64,000 bases of DNA, taken from positions 351,270-415,269 of the forward strand of contig CAWGYD010000003.1 in NCBI GenBank assembly GCA_963826785.1, in the 5' to 3' direction. The translations under genes and the position numbers were made by a program. Below the pieces are notes generated by a model. That model was not told where the DNA came from. It ran no database searches and worked only from the letters and a program-made list of their open reading frames with translations. Position 1 is the first letter of the stretch; each line of letters begins with the position of its first letter. The stretch comes from an uncultured delta proteobacterium. GTDB taxonomy: Bacteria > Desulfobacterota > Desulfobacteria > Desulfobacterales > Desulfosalsimonadaceae. Positions 10,471-20,648 of the stretch are shown one piece after another.

Positions 10471-11662
10471 GCCCCCAGTTTTTCTTTGGTTGCTGTTGAT
10501 CCTGATGATCGCATCGGGGGCGGGCGGATTTGCGGCCGGGATGACCGGTTGGCATGTTCAGCGCATCTGGCAGTCCTATCTGACCAATTTCGTGTTCTGG
10601 ACGGGGCTGGCCTACGGGGGGGTGGCCTTCGTGGCGGTCATGAACACGGTCAACCAGCGATGGGGCCGGCCCATGAAACGTCTGGCCGAGTCCATGGGGG
10701 CCTTTCTGCCCATCTCCCTGGTCCTGTTTGTGGGAATCTGGTTCGGCCGGGAGCACATTTTCCCCTGGATCCATGAGCCCCTCCCCAAGAAGGCCGCCTG
10801 GCTGAACATCGAATTTCTGTTCGTCCGGGAGGGGGTGACCCTGCTGGTGCTGACCCTGGTGGCCCTGGTGCTTCTTTATGGTTCGATCAAAAGCGATTCC
10901 AATTACCTGGCGCGCGGCCGGAAAATCCCGGATATCGAAGAGATGGCGCAGCAGCGTCTGTGGCGCATCCAGCAGATGGTCTCCCCGTTTTTCGCCATCC
11001 TGTACATCTTTCTGCTGACCCTGGTGGCATGGGATTTGATCATGTCCCTTTCCCCCCACTGGTACTCCACCCTGTTCGGGGCCTATTTTTTCGTGGGGTG
11101 CTTCTATTCGGCCCTGGCCGGCCTGTTTGTGCTTTCGGCCCTGGTATACCGGGGAAAGGCCCTGTCGCCGTACCTGGGGTCGGACAACTTTCACCAGCTG
11201 GGGAAATTTCAGCTCGGGTTTCTGATGGTTCTGGGAGACTTCTTCTTCTCCCAGTACCTGCTGATCTGGTACGGCAACATCCCCGAAGAGACGCGGTTTA
11301 TCATCGACCGGTTCTATATTCCCCCCTGGCACTGGGTCTCCTGGGCGGTGTTCGCCCTGATTTTCGTGATTCCCTTTTTCGTGCTGTTAAACCGGAATAT
11401 CAAGATGAAGCCGATGGCCATGCTGGGACTGAGCGCAATTATCCTGATCGGGATGTGGCTGGAGCGCTTCTTGCTCATCGTCCCCTCCATCTGGGTCTCA
11501 GACACAATCCCCCTGGGGCTGCCGGAGTTTCTGATTACCGCCGGTTTTTTCGGGCTGATGGGAGTCTGCGTGCTCTTCTACCTCCGGCGCTTCCCCCTGG
11601 TGCCGGCGGGGGACCCGGTGTTTGCGCGGTTTTACATGATTCGGGAGGGGGAATCGGAATGA
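10457..11662 (+). CDS. actF: ACIII subunit F (polytopic membrane protein)
   Basis: KRLAE, WLN, DLIMSLSPHWYSTLFG, FFSQYLLIWYGNIPEET. Confidence 0.85.
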   Translation: MRTHKPPVFLWLLLILMIASGAGGFAAGMTGWHVQRIWQSYLTNFVFWTGLAYGGVAFVAVMNTVNQRWGRPMKRLAESMGAFLPISLVLFVGIWFGREHIFPWIHEPLPKKAAWLNIEFLFVREGVTLLVLTLVALVLLYGSIKSDSNYLARGRKIPDIEEMAQQRLWRIQQMVSPFFAILYIFLLTLVAWDLIMSLSPHWYSTLFGAYFFVGCFYSALAGLFVLSALVYRGKALSPYLGSDNFHQLGKFQLGFLMVLGDFFFSQYLLIWYGNIPEETRFIIDRFYIPPWHWVSWAVFALIFVIPFFVLLNRNIKMKPMAMLGLSAIILIGMWLERFLLIVPSIWVSDTIPLGLPEFLITAGFFGLMGVCVLFYLRRFPLVPAGDPVFARFYMIREGESE

Positions 11663-11690
11663 CATCTTATTGTGCTGCGGATCATTATTG

Positions 11691-12236
11691 ATGGCTGAAG
11701 ACGAACAAAAAGAGAAAAAACACGGCTCGCCGGTCTGGTGGCCCGGGTGGCTTCTGGTCTCAATCCTGGTACTGAGTTCCATGATGTACGTCTACTACCG
11801 GTATCCCCACCAGAATATCGGGCCGAAACAGCCGATCCCCTTCAGCCACCGCATCCATGCCGGGGTCAAGCGGATCAATTGTCTTTTCTGTCACCCCTAT
11901 GCGGAGCGGGGTCCCCGGGCCGGCATCCCGGTGATGGAGAAATGCTTTTTCTGCCACAAGTATGTCATTCCGTGGCATCCGGAGATCGAAAAAGAGCGGG
12001 CCCATTACGAAAGCGGCGATCCCGTGGCCTGGGTGCGGATTTTCTACATTCCGGACCATGTCAAGTTCCGCCACCAGCCGCATATCCGGTGGGCGGGCCT
12101 GGCGTGCACCACCTGCCACGGGCAGGTTCAGACGGAAGACCGTCTCCAGAAAAAGTATTTCAAAATGGGGTTTTGCATCGGCTGCCACCGGAAAATGAAT
12201 GCCCAACTGGACTGCTGGCTGTCGTGCCACCATTGA
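11691..12236 (+). CDS. actA: Membrane-anchored multiheme cytochrome c (ActA/QrcA-like)
   Basis: N-terminal TM; QPIPFSHRIH; CLFCH, CFFCH, CTTCH, CIGCH plus atypical CWLSCH. Confidence 0.85.
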   Translation: MAEDEQKEKKHGSPVWWPGWLLVSILVLSSMMYVYYRYPHQNIGPKQPIPFSHRIHAGVKRINCLFCHPYAERGPRAGIPVMEKCFFCHKYVIPWHPEIEKERAHYESGDPVAWVRIFYIPDHVKFRHQPHIRWAGLACTTCHGQVQTEDRLQKKYFKMGFCIGCHRKMNAQLDCWLSCHH

Positions 12237-12237
12237 A

Positions 12238-12283
12238 CACCTTCCCCCTCAAGGGGATTGGGAGGTGGCCCTCCAAGGGAGGA
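12238..12283. repeat. Degenerate repeat R4
   Basis: ACACCTTCCCCCTCAAGGGGATT and CCCTCCAAGGGAGG. Confidence 0.55.
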
Positions 12284-12319
12284 TTTGGACCGAGTCTATC
12301 ATAGGGAGTGATTTGCAGG

Positions 12320-13675
12320 ATGCTGAAATATCAGAGTTATGTCACGGTGAAAGCGTTTTTCTTAAGCGCCATGGCCTGGTTCGTCCTGGGGACCTCGGCC
12401 GGGTTCATCGATGCGACCCACCTGATGGCCCCGGAACTGCTGGCCAACATCCCCTGGATCTTCTTCGGCCGGATCCGGCCCATACACACCAATATCGTGA
12501 TTTTCGGGTTTGCGGGGACCACGCTGCTGGGATGCGCCTTCTACATCCTTCCCACCCTGGTGCGGGTGCCCCTCTTCAGCGAGGCCCTGGGGCTCTTTTC
12601 CGTGCTGCTGTGGAACGCCACCATCGCCTCCGGCACGGTTCTGCTGGCCTTCGGCTACAACCAGGGCCGGGAATACGCGGAATGGACCTGGGGCGTGGAT
12701 ATCGGGATCCTCGCCTGCCTGCTGCTCTTCTTCTTCAACCTGCTGATGACCGCGATCCAGCGCAAAGAGAAGATCCTTTATGTGTCCAACTGGTACTTTT
12801 TCGCCACCCTGGTCTTTCTATTTTTCATCTATTTCTTCGGAAACGCGATGTGGCACCCCTCCACCGGCGCCATCACCGGCATTCCGGACGCCAACCTGGC
12901 CTGGTTTTACGGACATGGCCTGGTGGGGCTTTTTTTGACCCCCCTGGCGGTGGGGGCCGCCTATTACGTGGTTCCTCTCCTGAGCCGGTCCCCCCTGTAC
13001 AGCCACACCGCCTCCCTGGTGGGGTTCTGGACCATCCTTTTGCTCTACAACCACATCGGCACCCATCACATTCTCCAGGCGCCGGTCCCCACCTGGCTCA
13101 AGGTGGTGGCCATCACCGGCAGCATCGGCATGATCATCCCCGTGGCCGTGGTGCTGGTAAACCTGTGGCTGACCATGCGGGGGAGACTGGCCTATCTCCA
13201 TTCGGACATCGGGGGCAAGTTCGTATTCGCCGGCCTGGTCTGGTATCTGATCGTGTGCATCCAGGGGCCGCTCCAGGCCATCCCCTCGATCCAGCGGGTC
13301 ACCCATTTCAACAACTGGGTAGTGGCGCATGCCCATATCGGCATCCTGGGGTTTGCAGGGTTCATCGGCATCGGGACCATGTATTTCATCCTCCCCCGGA
13401 TCACCGGCAAAGCGCTCTACAACCCGCGCCTGGCCGACGTGCAGTACTGGATGGTCCTCCTGGGGATCTCCGCCTTTTTCGTGATCCTCACCCCGGCGGG
13501 GCTGCTCCAGGGAAACGCCTGGTACAACGGCGAGATGGTCTACCGGGTGCTGCCTGAAATCCACATCTACATGGTGCTTCGGGCCGCCACCGGGCTGCTG
13601 GTGGTGGCCAGCGCCTACATCGGGTTTTACCTTGTATTTATGAGCATCTTTTCATCAAAGAGGAAAACGGCATGA
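12320..13675 (+). CDS. ccoN: C-family (cbb3-type) heme-copper oxidase subunit I, divergent
   Basis: GRIRPIHTN, GREYAE, WFYGH, YNHIGTHH, HFNNWVVAHAH: six His ligands and the helix-VII Tyr. Confidence 0.85.
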   Translation: MLKYQSYVTVKAFFLSAMAWFVLGTSAGFIDATHLMAPELLANIPWIFFGRIRPIHTNIVIFGFAGTTLLGCAFYILPTLVRVPLFSEALGLFSVLLWNATIASGTVLLAFGYNQGREYAEWTWGVDIGILACLLLFFFNLLMTAIQRKEKILYVSNWYFFATLVFLFFIYFFGNAMWHPSTGAITGIPDANLAWFYGHGLVGLFLTPLAVGAAYYVVPLLSRSPLYSHTASLVGFWTILLLYNHIGTHHILQAPVPTWLKVVAITGSIGMIIPVAVVLVNLWLTMRGRLAYLHSDIGGKFVFAGLVWYLIVCIQGPLQAIPSIQRVTHFNNWVVAHAHIGILGFAGFIGIGTMYFILPRITGKALYNPRLADVQYWMVLLGISAFFVILTPAGLLQGNAWYNGEMVYRVLPEIHIYMVLRAATGLLVVASAYIGFYLVFMSIFSSKRKTA

Positions 13676-14718
13676 GAATGACGGCGGCCCTGGTCATAGC
13701 CGGTGCGTTTATGTTGTTTTTTGCCACCTTTTTCATCGTGGCGGTGCTTCCCTGGATCACCATCCCGGAAACGCCGTCCGATATTTTCCGGCCCCGGACC
13801 GCAGCGGAGAACCAGGGGCGCGACATTTACGTGAATAACGGCTGCACCTACTGCCATTCCCAGTTCATCCGGCCCATCGACTGGGGATGGGGCGCCCAGC
13901 GGATCGCACAGGTGGGGGATTACATCGCGGACCAGCCCCATCTGCTGGGAACCGAGCGGACCGGTCCGGACCTGTCCCAGGAAGGCGGGCAGCGGCCCGA
14001 TGACTGGCACATCGCGCATTTTATCAATCCGCGGTTTGTCAGCCCGGCCTCGGTCATGCCCAACCTGCAATGGCTGGGGGATGAAAAAATCAAACTGCTC
14101 ACCGCCTATGTCCAGAGCCTGGGGTTTAAAATGGCCGACTTCCGGGTGGCCCGGCAGAATTTCTGGAAGCAAAAAGCCGTTTCGGCCTACCGGTCCGGGC
14201 CGGACCAGAACATGGAATGGATCCATTCCTGGGTCCCCAAACCCTGGCGGGAGCTGCCCAATCCCTACCCGCCCATCCCTTCGGCCATCGCCCGGGGGCA
14301 CCGGATTTACCAGCAGTTCTGCATCGGATGCCACGGGTCCATCGGCGACGGCATGGGGCCGGCCGAGCCGTTTTTGAATCCGCCGCCGCTGAACTTCACC
14401 ATCGTCAAGGGGCGGGGGATCAGCGGGGGGATCATCTATTACCAGGTGATGAACGGCATCACGGGTACGGGTATGCCCTATTTCAAGGAGTTTCTGGAAT
14501 CGGAAAAGATCTGGGACGTGGGGCATTACATCTCCACTTTCTTTATCGGCCAGACTGATGCGGACGGGCCCCCCGAAGGGATCGATGCCGCCTATGAACC
14601 CCCCTATGAACCGCCGAAGCCCCCCGGCAATAAACAGAAGCTGGGCAAAACCGCGGAACACCCGGAGTTCGGAAGCGGCGGGATGGATGAGGAGGGAAAT
14701 CAGATGCTGCCGCCTTGA
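13672..14718 (+). CDS. ccoO: CcoO (cbb3 subunit II) fused to a second cytochrome c domain
   Basis: GRDIY..GCTYCHSQFIRP, GTERTGPDL, PASVMP; second heme CIGCH with GMP. Confidence 0.85.
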   Translation: MRMTAALVIAGAFMLFFATFFIVAVLPWITIPETPSDIFRPRTAAENQGRDIYVNNGCTYCHSQFIRPIDWGWGAQRIAQVGDYIADQPHLLGTERTGPDLSQEGGQRPDDWHIAHFINPRFVSPASVMPNLQWLGDEKIKLLTAYVQSLGFKMADFRVARQNFWKQKAVSAYRSGPDQNMEWIHSWVPKPWRELPNPYPPIPSAIARGHRIYQQFCIGCHGSIGDGMGPAEPFLNPPPLNFTIVKGRGISGGIIYYQVMNGITGTGMPYFKEFLESEKIWDVGHYISTFFIGQTDADGPPEGIDAAYEPPYEPPKPPGNKQKLGKTAEHPEFGSGGMDEEGNQMLPP

Positions 14719-14801
14719 CACCCCCCTGCCCCCTCAAGGGGGGATTAAAGTAGATTGATTGCTGTCGAAATCCCCCCTTGAGGGGGGCGAAGGGGGGTGT
14801 C
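14718..14801. repeat. Repeat R5: two inverted ends around a ~20-bp core
   Basis: ACACCCCCCTGCCCCCTCAAGGGGGGATT ... AATCCCCCCTTGAGGGGGGCGAAGGGGGGTGT. Confidence 0.9.
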
Positions 14802-14841
14802 GGGTGCCGATGCCCGAATTCATTTAAAAAAGGAGCGATCC

Positions 14842-15114
14842 ATGTACCTTCCCCTGTGGGCACTGCTGGTGATCATCTCCCTGCTGGTCAGCCTGGCGGC
14901 ATTTGTGTGGGGGCTCTTTGCCGGTCAGTTCCGGAACCCGGAGCGGGCGCGCTATCTTCCTTTCGGGGGCGGCGAAGCCCCGCCGGTAAAAACGCCGGGG
15001 CCCGGGCTCAAGCCCCCGCTGGAGGTCTATTATCTGGGCGCAGTCGCCGCAGTCTCCGTGTTCATCCTGGCTGCGCCCATTTTGTTGACCCTTTACCATT
15101 CACTTTTGAGGTAA
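14842..15114 (+). CDS. ccoS: CcoS-like cbb3 maturation protein with an extra C-terminal TM
   Basis: TM followed by FVWGLFAGQF..ERARY; RBS AGGAG. Confidence 0.7.
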   Translation: MYLPLWALLVIISLLVSLAAFVWGLFAGQFRNPERARYLPFGGGEAPPVKTPGPGLKPPLEVYYLGAVAAVSVFILAAPILLTLYHSLLR

Positions 15115-15118
15115 ATTC

Positions 15119-15391
15119 ATGCGCTATTTCACCCTGCTCGATTTTCTCCACTGGGGCCTGGTCTGCTGCCTGGGGCTCATGGGGGTGATTGCGGTCTATA
15201 TCGCCTGGAGCACCTATTACACCCGCCCCTTTAACGAGCTGGACGTATCCGACGCGAACAAAATGGCGGACCACCCGGGGTCGAGCCATCACCCGGTCCC
15301 CCCGTTTCTGAAATTCGTCTTTCTCGGCGTGGGCCTGTGGGCGTTTTTCTATGTCATCATTGTCGGATACTTCGGCGGACCGATCATTTAA
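15119..15391 (+). CDS. Small two-TM membrane protein
   Basis: Tightly packed in the operon; two hydrophobic helices with a HPVPPFL linker. Confidence 0.65.
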   Translation: MRYFTLLDFLHWGLVCCLGLMGVIAVYIAWSTYYTRPFNELDVSDANKMADHPGSSHHPVPPFLKFVFLGVGLWAFFYVIIVGYFGGPII

Positions 15392-15406
15392 AAAAGGAGT
15401 GTCCCC

Positions 15407-15733
15407 ATGCAGATACCTGAAAAACTCAGGCCGAAAAAAGGAAGCCTGGTGACCATCTTCGTATTTACCTTCATGTCCGTCTCCTTTCTTGTCTACGGCG
15501 CCATCCTTTACCTGGTGGTGGGCACCCGCCCGGGTCCCACCTGGTTTTTCGGCACCATGCCGGATGTGCCCGGCCAGTCCGAATATTCCACTTCCAGCAC
15601 CAAGCAGTTCTTTTTGAATGCCACCAGCCCGGAGAAAGGGGGTGTGGTGAGCCGGCAGCATGTGATGGGCGAAGAAAACGATCCGACTTTCAGGGACGAA
15701 TGGAAAATAGACGAAACGAGGGATGGTCGATGA
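15407..15733 (+). CDS. Single-TM protein of unknown function
   Basis: RBS AAGGAG; one TM; WFFGTMPDVPGQSEYS; stop overlaps the next ATG. Confidence 0.65.
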   Translation: MQIPEKLRPKKGSLVTIFVFTFMSVSFLVYGAILYLVVGTRPGPTWFFGTMPDVPGQSEYSTSSTKQFFLNATSPEKGGVVSRQHVMGEENDPTFRDEWKIDETRDGR

Positions 15734-16245
15734 AACACATGGTCCTCTTCAGAATTTTTCTGCTGTCGGCTGCCATGTGGATCGTGACTATGCTTTCCGG
15801 ATGCGATTACGCCAGCATGCGAAACGATGAAGCCGTCGACCTGTACCAGATTTCCATGCCCGTCATGCCGGAGGCCTCGGTTCCGATTACCGGCGGCATC
15901 AATGAACTGCGCATCGCCGATGTCTCGAAGATGAAAAACCCGCTGCCGGAAACCCGCCCGGTGATCCGATTGGGGGAGAAGCGCTATCACACTTTTTGCG
16001 GGCAGTGCCACGGCCCGGATGCGCAGGGGTATGGCACGGTGGGCCAGAGTTTTGCGCCCCTGCCCACCAACCTCCGGGGAAAAAAAGTACGGAATTTAAG
16101 CGACGGGCTGTTCTTCTACCGCACCGCTCTCGGATTCAAGCGCCATCCGCCGCTTTTCTACACGGTCGCCGCAGATGATATCTGGGCCATTCAGCGCTAC
16201 ATCCGGCAGCTGGCCCAAATTTCACCGGACGGTCCCCGCCCATGA
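15730..16245 (+). CDS. actE: Monoheme cytochrome c lipoprotein (ActE-like)
   Basis: Lipobox LSGC, MPVMPEASVP, KNPLP, CGQCHG, WAIQRYIR. Confidence 0.7.
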   Translation: MKHMVLFRIFLLSAAMWIVTMLSGCDYASMRNDEAVDLYQISMPVMPEASVPITGGINELRIADVSKMKNPLPETRPVIRLGEKRYHTFCGQCHGPDAQGYGTVGQSFAPLPTNLRGKKVRNLSDGLFFYRTALGFKRHPPLFYTVAADDIWAIQRYIRQLAQISPDGPRP

Positions 16246-18775
16246 CCACTGCCGCGGCCATGCCCCTTTCCCGGGAAAGGCCCGCCTGCACGCTTTGCGG
16301 GCTGACCTGCCCGGAAATACCCGTGGAGCGCAAAATCCGGAAAGAATCGAACTGCTTCTGCTGTGCGGGATGCGCGCATGTCTATGATATCCTGATCCAT
16401 CTGCCCGAAGGCCCGCCCGCCGATTTCAAGGATACCGACATATATCGCAGCTGCCTGGCCGCCGGCCTGGTCCCCAGGGACGAAAACGATCTTGCCCCGG
16501 GCCCCGGCGCAGCTAACTTTTCAGCCGATGCGGATTTTGAAAACGTGGAGATGGCCCTGTCCGAAAAGCTCCAGGTGCGCATCGACGGGATGTGGTGCAC
16601 CGCCTGTGCCTGGCTCATCGAGTCGGTGCTGAAAAAAAGCCGCGGGATCGCAGACGCCCGGGTCCATTTCCTCTCCGATACGGCCGAGATCGCCTACCTC
16701 CCCTATGAGACCGGTCCCGAAGCGGTGTTTGACCAGATCCGTCATCTGGGGTACGGGGCCGCACCCATCTCCGATGCCGACGGGAGCGCGCGCGAATCGA
16801 AAACCATGCTGCTGCGCCTGGGGATCGGGGCCATCCTTTCTTTAAACATCATGATGATCTCCTTTGTGTTTTACTACGGGCTGCTGGACGGCCTGGAAGT
16901 GCACGCGGTGAAATACATGGCCTGGCCCCTGCTGATGCTTTCCACCCCGGTCATTTTCTACAGCGGCATGCCCATCCTGAGCCGGGCCCGGGCCGGTATG
17001 GCCCACGCTACCTTCTCCATGGATACCCTGATCGCCATGGGGGCGCTTTCCGCCTACGGATTCAGCGTCATCAACATGACCGCAGACGATCCCCATCTCT
17101 ATTTCGACACGGCATCCATGCTCATTACCCTGGTGCTGCTGGGCCGGTTTATTGAACACCATGCCCGGGAGCGGGTGACGGCGGGCATCTCCGAACTCTA
17201 TCGGCTCTCCCGGCAAAAGGTGCGGCTCACGGATGAAAAGGGTGATCTGGAGCGATGGGTCGCACCGGATGCGGTTTCAGCCGAAGATTGCTTTCGGGTG
17301 CGCTGCGGCGAACAGGTGAGCGTGGACGGCACCGTGATGTCCGGGGATGCGGTCCTGGATCTTTCGGCTATCACCGGGGAGTCGAAGCCGGCCCGGGCGG
17401 TCCGGGGGGATGCCGTGCGGGCCGGGTCACGGCTGTTGGAGGGAGACCTGACCCTCAACGCCCGGGGTCCGGGGTCGGACAGTTCACTGCAGCAGATGAT
17501 CCGCATGATGCAGGCGGCCATGGTCGGCAAAAACCGGACGGAAGCGGCGGCCGACCGGATCACCCGCTTTCTGGTGCCCGCCATTGTCCTTCTGGCGGCG
17601 GGAACGGCAGCCTTTCTCAAAATACGGGGGGCATCCACGGACACGGCCCTGCTGCGGGCCATCACCGTACTGGTCATCACCTGCCCCTGCGCGCTGGGGA
17701 TTGCCGTACCCCTGGCCAAGGTCGCGGCCCTGGGCACGGGCCGCCGGCTGGGCATCCTGATCCGCGATGCCCGGGTGCTGGAACGGATGAAAACAGTCGA
17801 TGCCGTGGTGCTGGACAAGACCGGCACGCTGACCCGGGGCGATTTTCGCCTGCGCCGGGCAATCCCCGGCAAATTGGAAGAACCGGCAATCCTTAAAATC
17901 CTTGCATCCCTTGAAGCCGATTCAAACCATTATCTGGCCCGGGAGGTGATGCGCCGGGCCCAGGATTTGAAGATCGATGTGCCCCCTGCCGAAGATATTC
18001 ACCGATTGGCCGGACAGGGCGTGACCGGGCGCGTGAATGGCCGGACAGCAGCCCTGGGCAACCGCCGGCTCATGGAAGCCCGGCAGATCCCGTTGACCGA
18101 TTACTGGGAAAAAGCGGCGGCGGAGCATGAAAGAAACGGGGATACCGTGGTCTTCTGCGGAATCGACGGGGCGCTTGCGGGAATGCTGGTGTTCGGCGAC
18201 GACATCCGAAAGGAGGCGTTTGACCTGATCCGTTGCCTTAAGCGCCGGAACATGAAAGTGGTGATGATTTCCGGGGATTCGGAGGCGACCACCGCGGCAG
18301 TGGCGGCCCGGCTGGGCATTCATGATTTCACCGGCTCCGCCCTGCCCGAAGACAAGGTGGCCGATGATCCGGGGTCATTCAGGCTGGCGGAAAAACCGTG
18401 GTCATGGCGGGCGACGGCATCAATGACGCCGCAGCCCTGGCCGCAGCCGACGTGGGTATGGCGCTGGGCGCCGGGGAGAACCTGATGCAGGAGGTTTCCG
18501 ACCTGACCCTGGTGGGCGGGGACCCGGCCGGCATCTACCGGGCCATGGATCTTTCCCTGCGCACCGGCCGGATCATCTCGCAAAACCTGTTTTTCGCCTT
18601 TGCCTACAACATGGTGGGCATTCCCGCGGCCATGGCCGGACTGCTCCACCCCTTTGCGGCGGTGGCGGCCATGTTCGCCAGCAGCCTCACCGTGATCGGC
18701 AATACCCTGCGCATCACCCGGTTTGACAAACAAAATATCAATCGTGATGGAGACACCGGATGCATAGACGAATGA
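16242..18775 (+). CDS. ccoI: P1B copper ATPase, CcoI/FixI type; two +1 insertions at ~18362-18384
   Basis: N-terminal CTLC..CCAGC, HMA CTAC, TGES, CPCAL, DKTGT, GDGIND, YN. Confidence 0.85.
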
Positions 18776-19293
18776 CATCTGCTTTTCTGGTTTTTCTACT
18801 CTGGTCGGCCGCCGTCCTGGTCCCGGCGCTGCAAGCGGCGGATTCCAAAAATTTTAATTCCCGGGACGAGATTTTTCTCAAGGAAGCGGTCATGGAGCAG
18901 CTGTTTATCCTGAGGGCGGCCAAACTGGCCGGGATCCGGTCAGAAGATGCACCGGTTCAGGACTTTGGTAAAAAACTGGTCAAAACCGTCGGCGAATGGA
19001 ACAAGCGCATCGAAACGCTGATCCGAAAAAACCAGGTCCGCGAAAAAATGGTGGAACTCCCCGGCGACCTGGATGCGGAACACCACGACCGGATAGACAA
19101 ACTCCAGAAAGCCAAGGAGAACGAGTTTAACGCTAAATTTTTAGAATCCATGCAGGAATCCTTCCATCATCTGACAGACACCTATGAGGAAGAAGCCCGG
19201 TACGGCGGCAATGAACAGGTCCGAAAATTTGCCGAGAACACCATATCCGAAATAAGGATTTTGAAAACTCCGGTGAAAGGGTTTTCCCGGTGA
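18760..19293 (+). CDS. DUF4142 secreted protein
   Basis: Signal peptide; DEIFLKEA, VQDFGKKLV, EFNAKFLESM, VRKFAENT pattern. Confidence 0.7.
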   Translation: MHRRMTSAFLVFLLWSAAVLVPALQAADSKNFNSRDEIFLKEAVMEQLFILRAAKLAGIRSEDAPVQDFGKKLVKTVGEWNKRIETLIRKNQVREKMVELPGDLDAEHHDRIDKLQKAKENEFNAKFLESMQESFHHLTDTYEEEARYGGNEQVRKFAENTISEIRILKTPVKGFSR

Positions 19294-19317
19294 GCCCGGA
19301 TCCCAAGTCCCCCTTTT

Positions 19318-19614
19318 TCAGTAATGATACCTTGCCTGCAAAAAGTCGATTCTTTCCTGCCCGATCACATAAACAATGCGATGTTCCTGGGTGATTCGAC
19401 GGGACCATACACCAGGCCCTAAAAACTTAAGCGGTTCAGGCTTGCCGATGCCCTTGAAAGGATCTCTCATAATGGCCTCGACCAGTTGAAACACCCGAAG
19501 GGCTGTCTTGCGATCCGTCTCCACCCAGTATCGCAGATCCTCCCTGAACTCCGGTTGAAACACGGATTGGCGATTTTTTATATCTCTTTCCTGCTTCGAA
19601 CGCCGATTACTCAA
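19318..19614 (-). CDS. yoeB: Txe/YoeB toxin
   Basis: EDLRYW, DPFKGIGKPEPLK, WSRRITQEHRIVY, ARYHY; probable TTG start overlapping the antitoxin stop. Confidence 0.9.
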   Translation of the reverse strand: MSNRRSKQERDIKNRQSVFQPEFREDLRYWVETDRKTALRVFQLVEAIMRDPFKGIGKPEPLKFLGPGVWSRRITQEHRIVYVIGQERIDFLQARYHY

Positions 19615-19885
19615 AGCCGATCTCTTTTCGAAGATCATCGATGGTTTGAGGCGTACCTGATCCCTTCCGGGCTTTCTCCAGTGAGGCAAGGAGCCTTTCT
19701 GCATTTTTAGGGGATCGCAGCAGGTGCGCCGTCTCAAGTATACCGGACAGCTCATCGGCGGCAATCATGGCGACATCCTCACGCCCGCGCCGCTTGATGA
19801 CCACCACTTCCCGCCCTTCCGTCACCTCGTTCATCAAAGCGGCCAGCTGTGACCGGGCCTGGGTATATGTCATTTGTATCGTCAT
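19607..19885 (-). CDS. yefM: YefM antitoxin
   Basis: TYTQARSQL, ETAHLLRSPKNAERL; RBS GGAGG. Confidence 0.9.
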   Translation of the reverse strand: MTIQMTYTQARSQLAALMNEVTEGREVVVIKRRGREDVAMIAADELSGILETAHLLRSPKNAERLLASLEKARKGSGTPQTIDDLRKEIGFE

Positions 19886-19915
19886 GTCCGCCTCCGAATT
19901 CATGCATTGTTTTTA

Positions 19916-19954
19916 TGTACAGATATACTGTACCTATGCCGGCTGAAATGTCAA
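19916..19954 (-). promoter_or_regulatory. yefM-yoeB promoter and operator
   Basis: -35 TTGACA (19954-19949), -10 TACAGT (19932-19927); palindrome GTACAG-ATATA-CTGTAC with TGTAC(A) cores over the -10. Confidence 0.7.
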
Positions 19955-20025
19955 GATTGACAAAGCATTTTCTGGTTATCCCGAAAAGTAAATGGAGGGG
20001 AATGGCGCATTTGCCGGATGTTTAT

Positions 20026-20352
20026 TCATGCACCCAGCAGCCGCCGCTGCAGCAATGACTGCATGTCCCGGCGGCCGTCGACAATCAGAAGGACATAGAC
20101 GTTTTGGGCCATCATCCGGTAGATGATCCGGTACGGTTTGAAGAAGATCTCCCGGTATTCCCGGATGCCAAGCGCCAGCAGCTCTTTGGGATAAACGCCC
20201 CGCTCGGGAGATTCGGACAGGCTGGAAAATGCTTTTTCGATCTGTGTCAGCACATGATCGGCTTTGCCGGGTGCATCATGAACGGCGATGTAGTCATAAA
20301 TCTCTGCAAGATCACCTGCGGCATCCTCGGTCAGCAAAACCGCAAGCGGCAT
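20026..20352 (-). CDS. RelE/ParE family toxin
   Basis: LTEDAAGDLAEIYDYIA, PERG, YRIIY, VDGRRDM. Confidence 0.85.
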   Translation of the reverse strand: MPLAVLLTEDAAGDLAEIYDYIAVHDAPGKADHVLTQIEKAFSSLSESPERGVYPKELLALGIREYREIFFKPYRIIYRMMAQNVYVLLIVDGRRDMQSLLQRRLLGA

Positions 20353-20627
20353 TACGGATTCTCCTGCTGCTTCCGGATGCGTTTCACCGCTTCCTCGGCA
20401 GTCAACACCCTGCCCGCTTCAACCTGGTGCATTCCCAGCGCGAGAATCTTCAAAAGCGCCATGGTCTGCTGCGTTTTCTCCCAGCTTTCGATATCCTGTA
20501 TGACCACTTTGGCTTCGCCATTCTGGGTGATGACCAGCGGTTCCTGCTGTTCGCCCAGGTTTCTGACGATTTCGGCGGCATGCGCTTTCAGGTAGCTGAT
20601 CGGTTTGATCCGGCGGGACAACTTCAT
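20352..20627 (-). CDS. Phd/YefM family antitoxin
   Basis: IKPISYLKAHAAEIV, PLVITQNGEAKVVIQD. Confidence 0.85.
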   Translation of the reverse strand: MKLSRRIKPISYLKAHAAEIVRNLGEQQEPLVITQNGEAKVVIQDIESWEKTQQTMALLKILALGMHQVEAGRVLTAEEAVKRIRKQQENP

Positions 20628-20648
20628 GAGAAAACCTCCAATCTTGAA

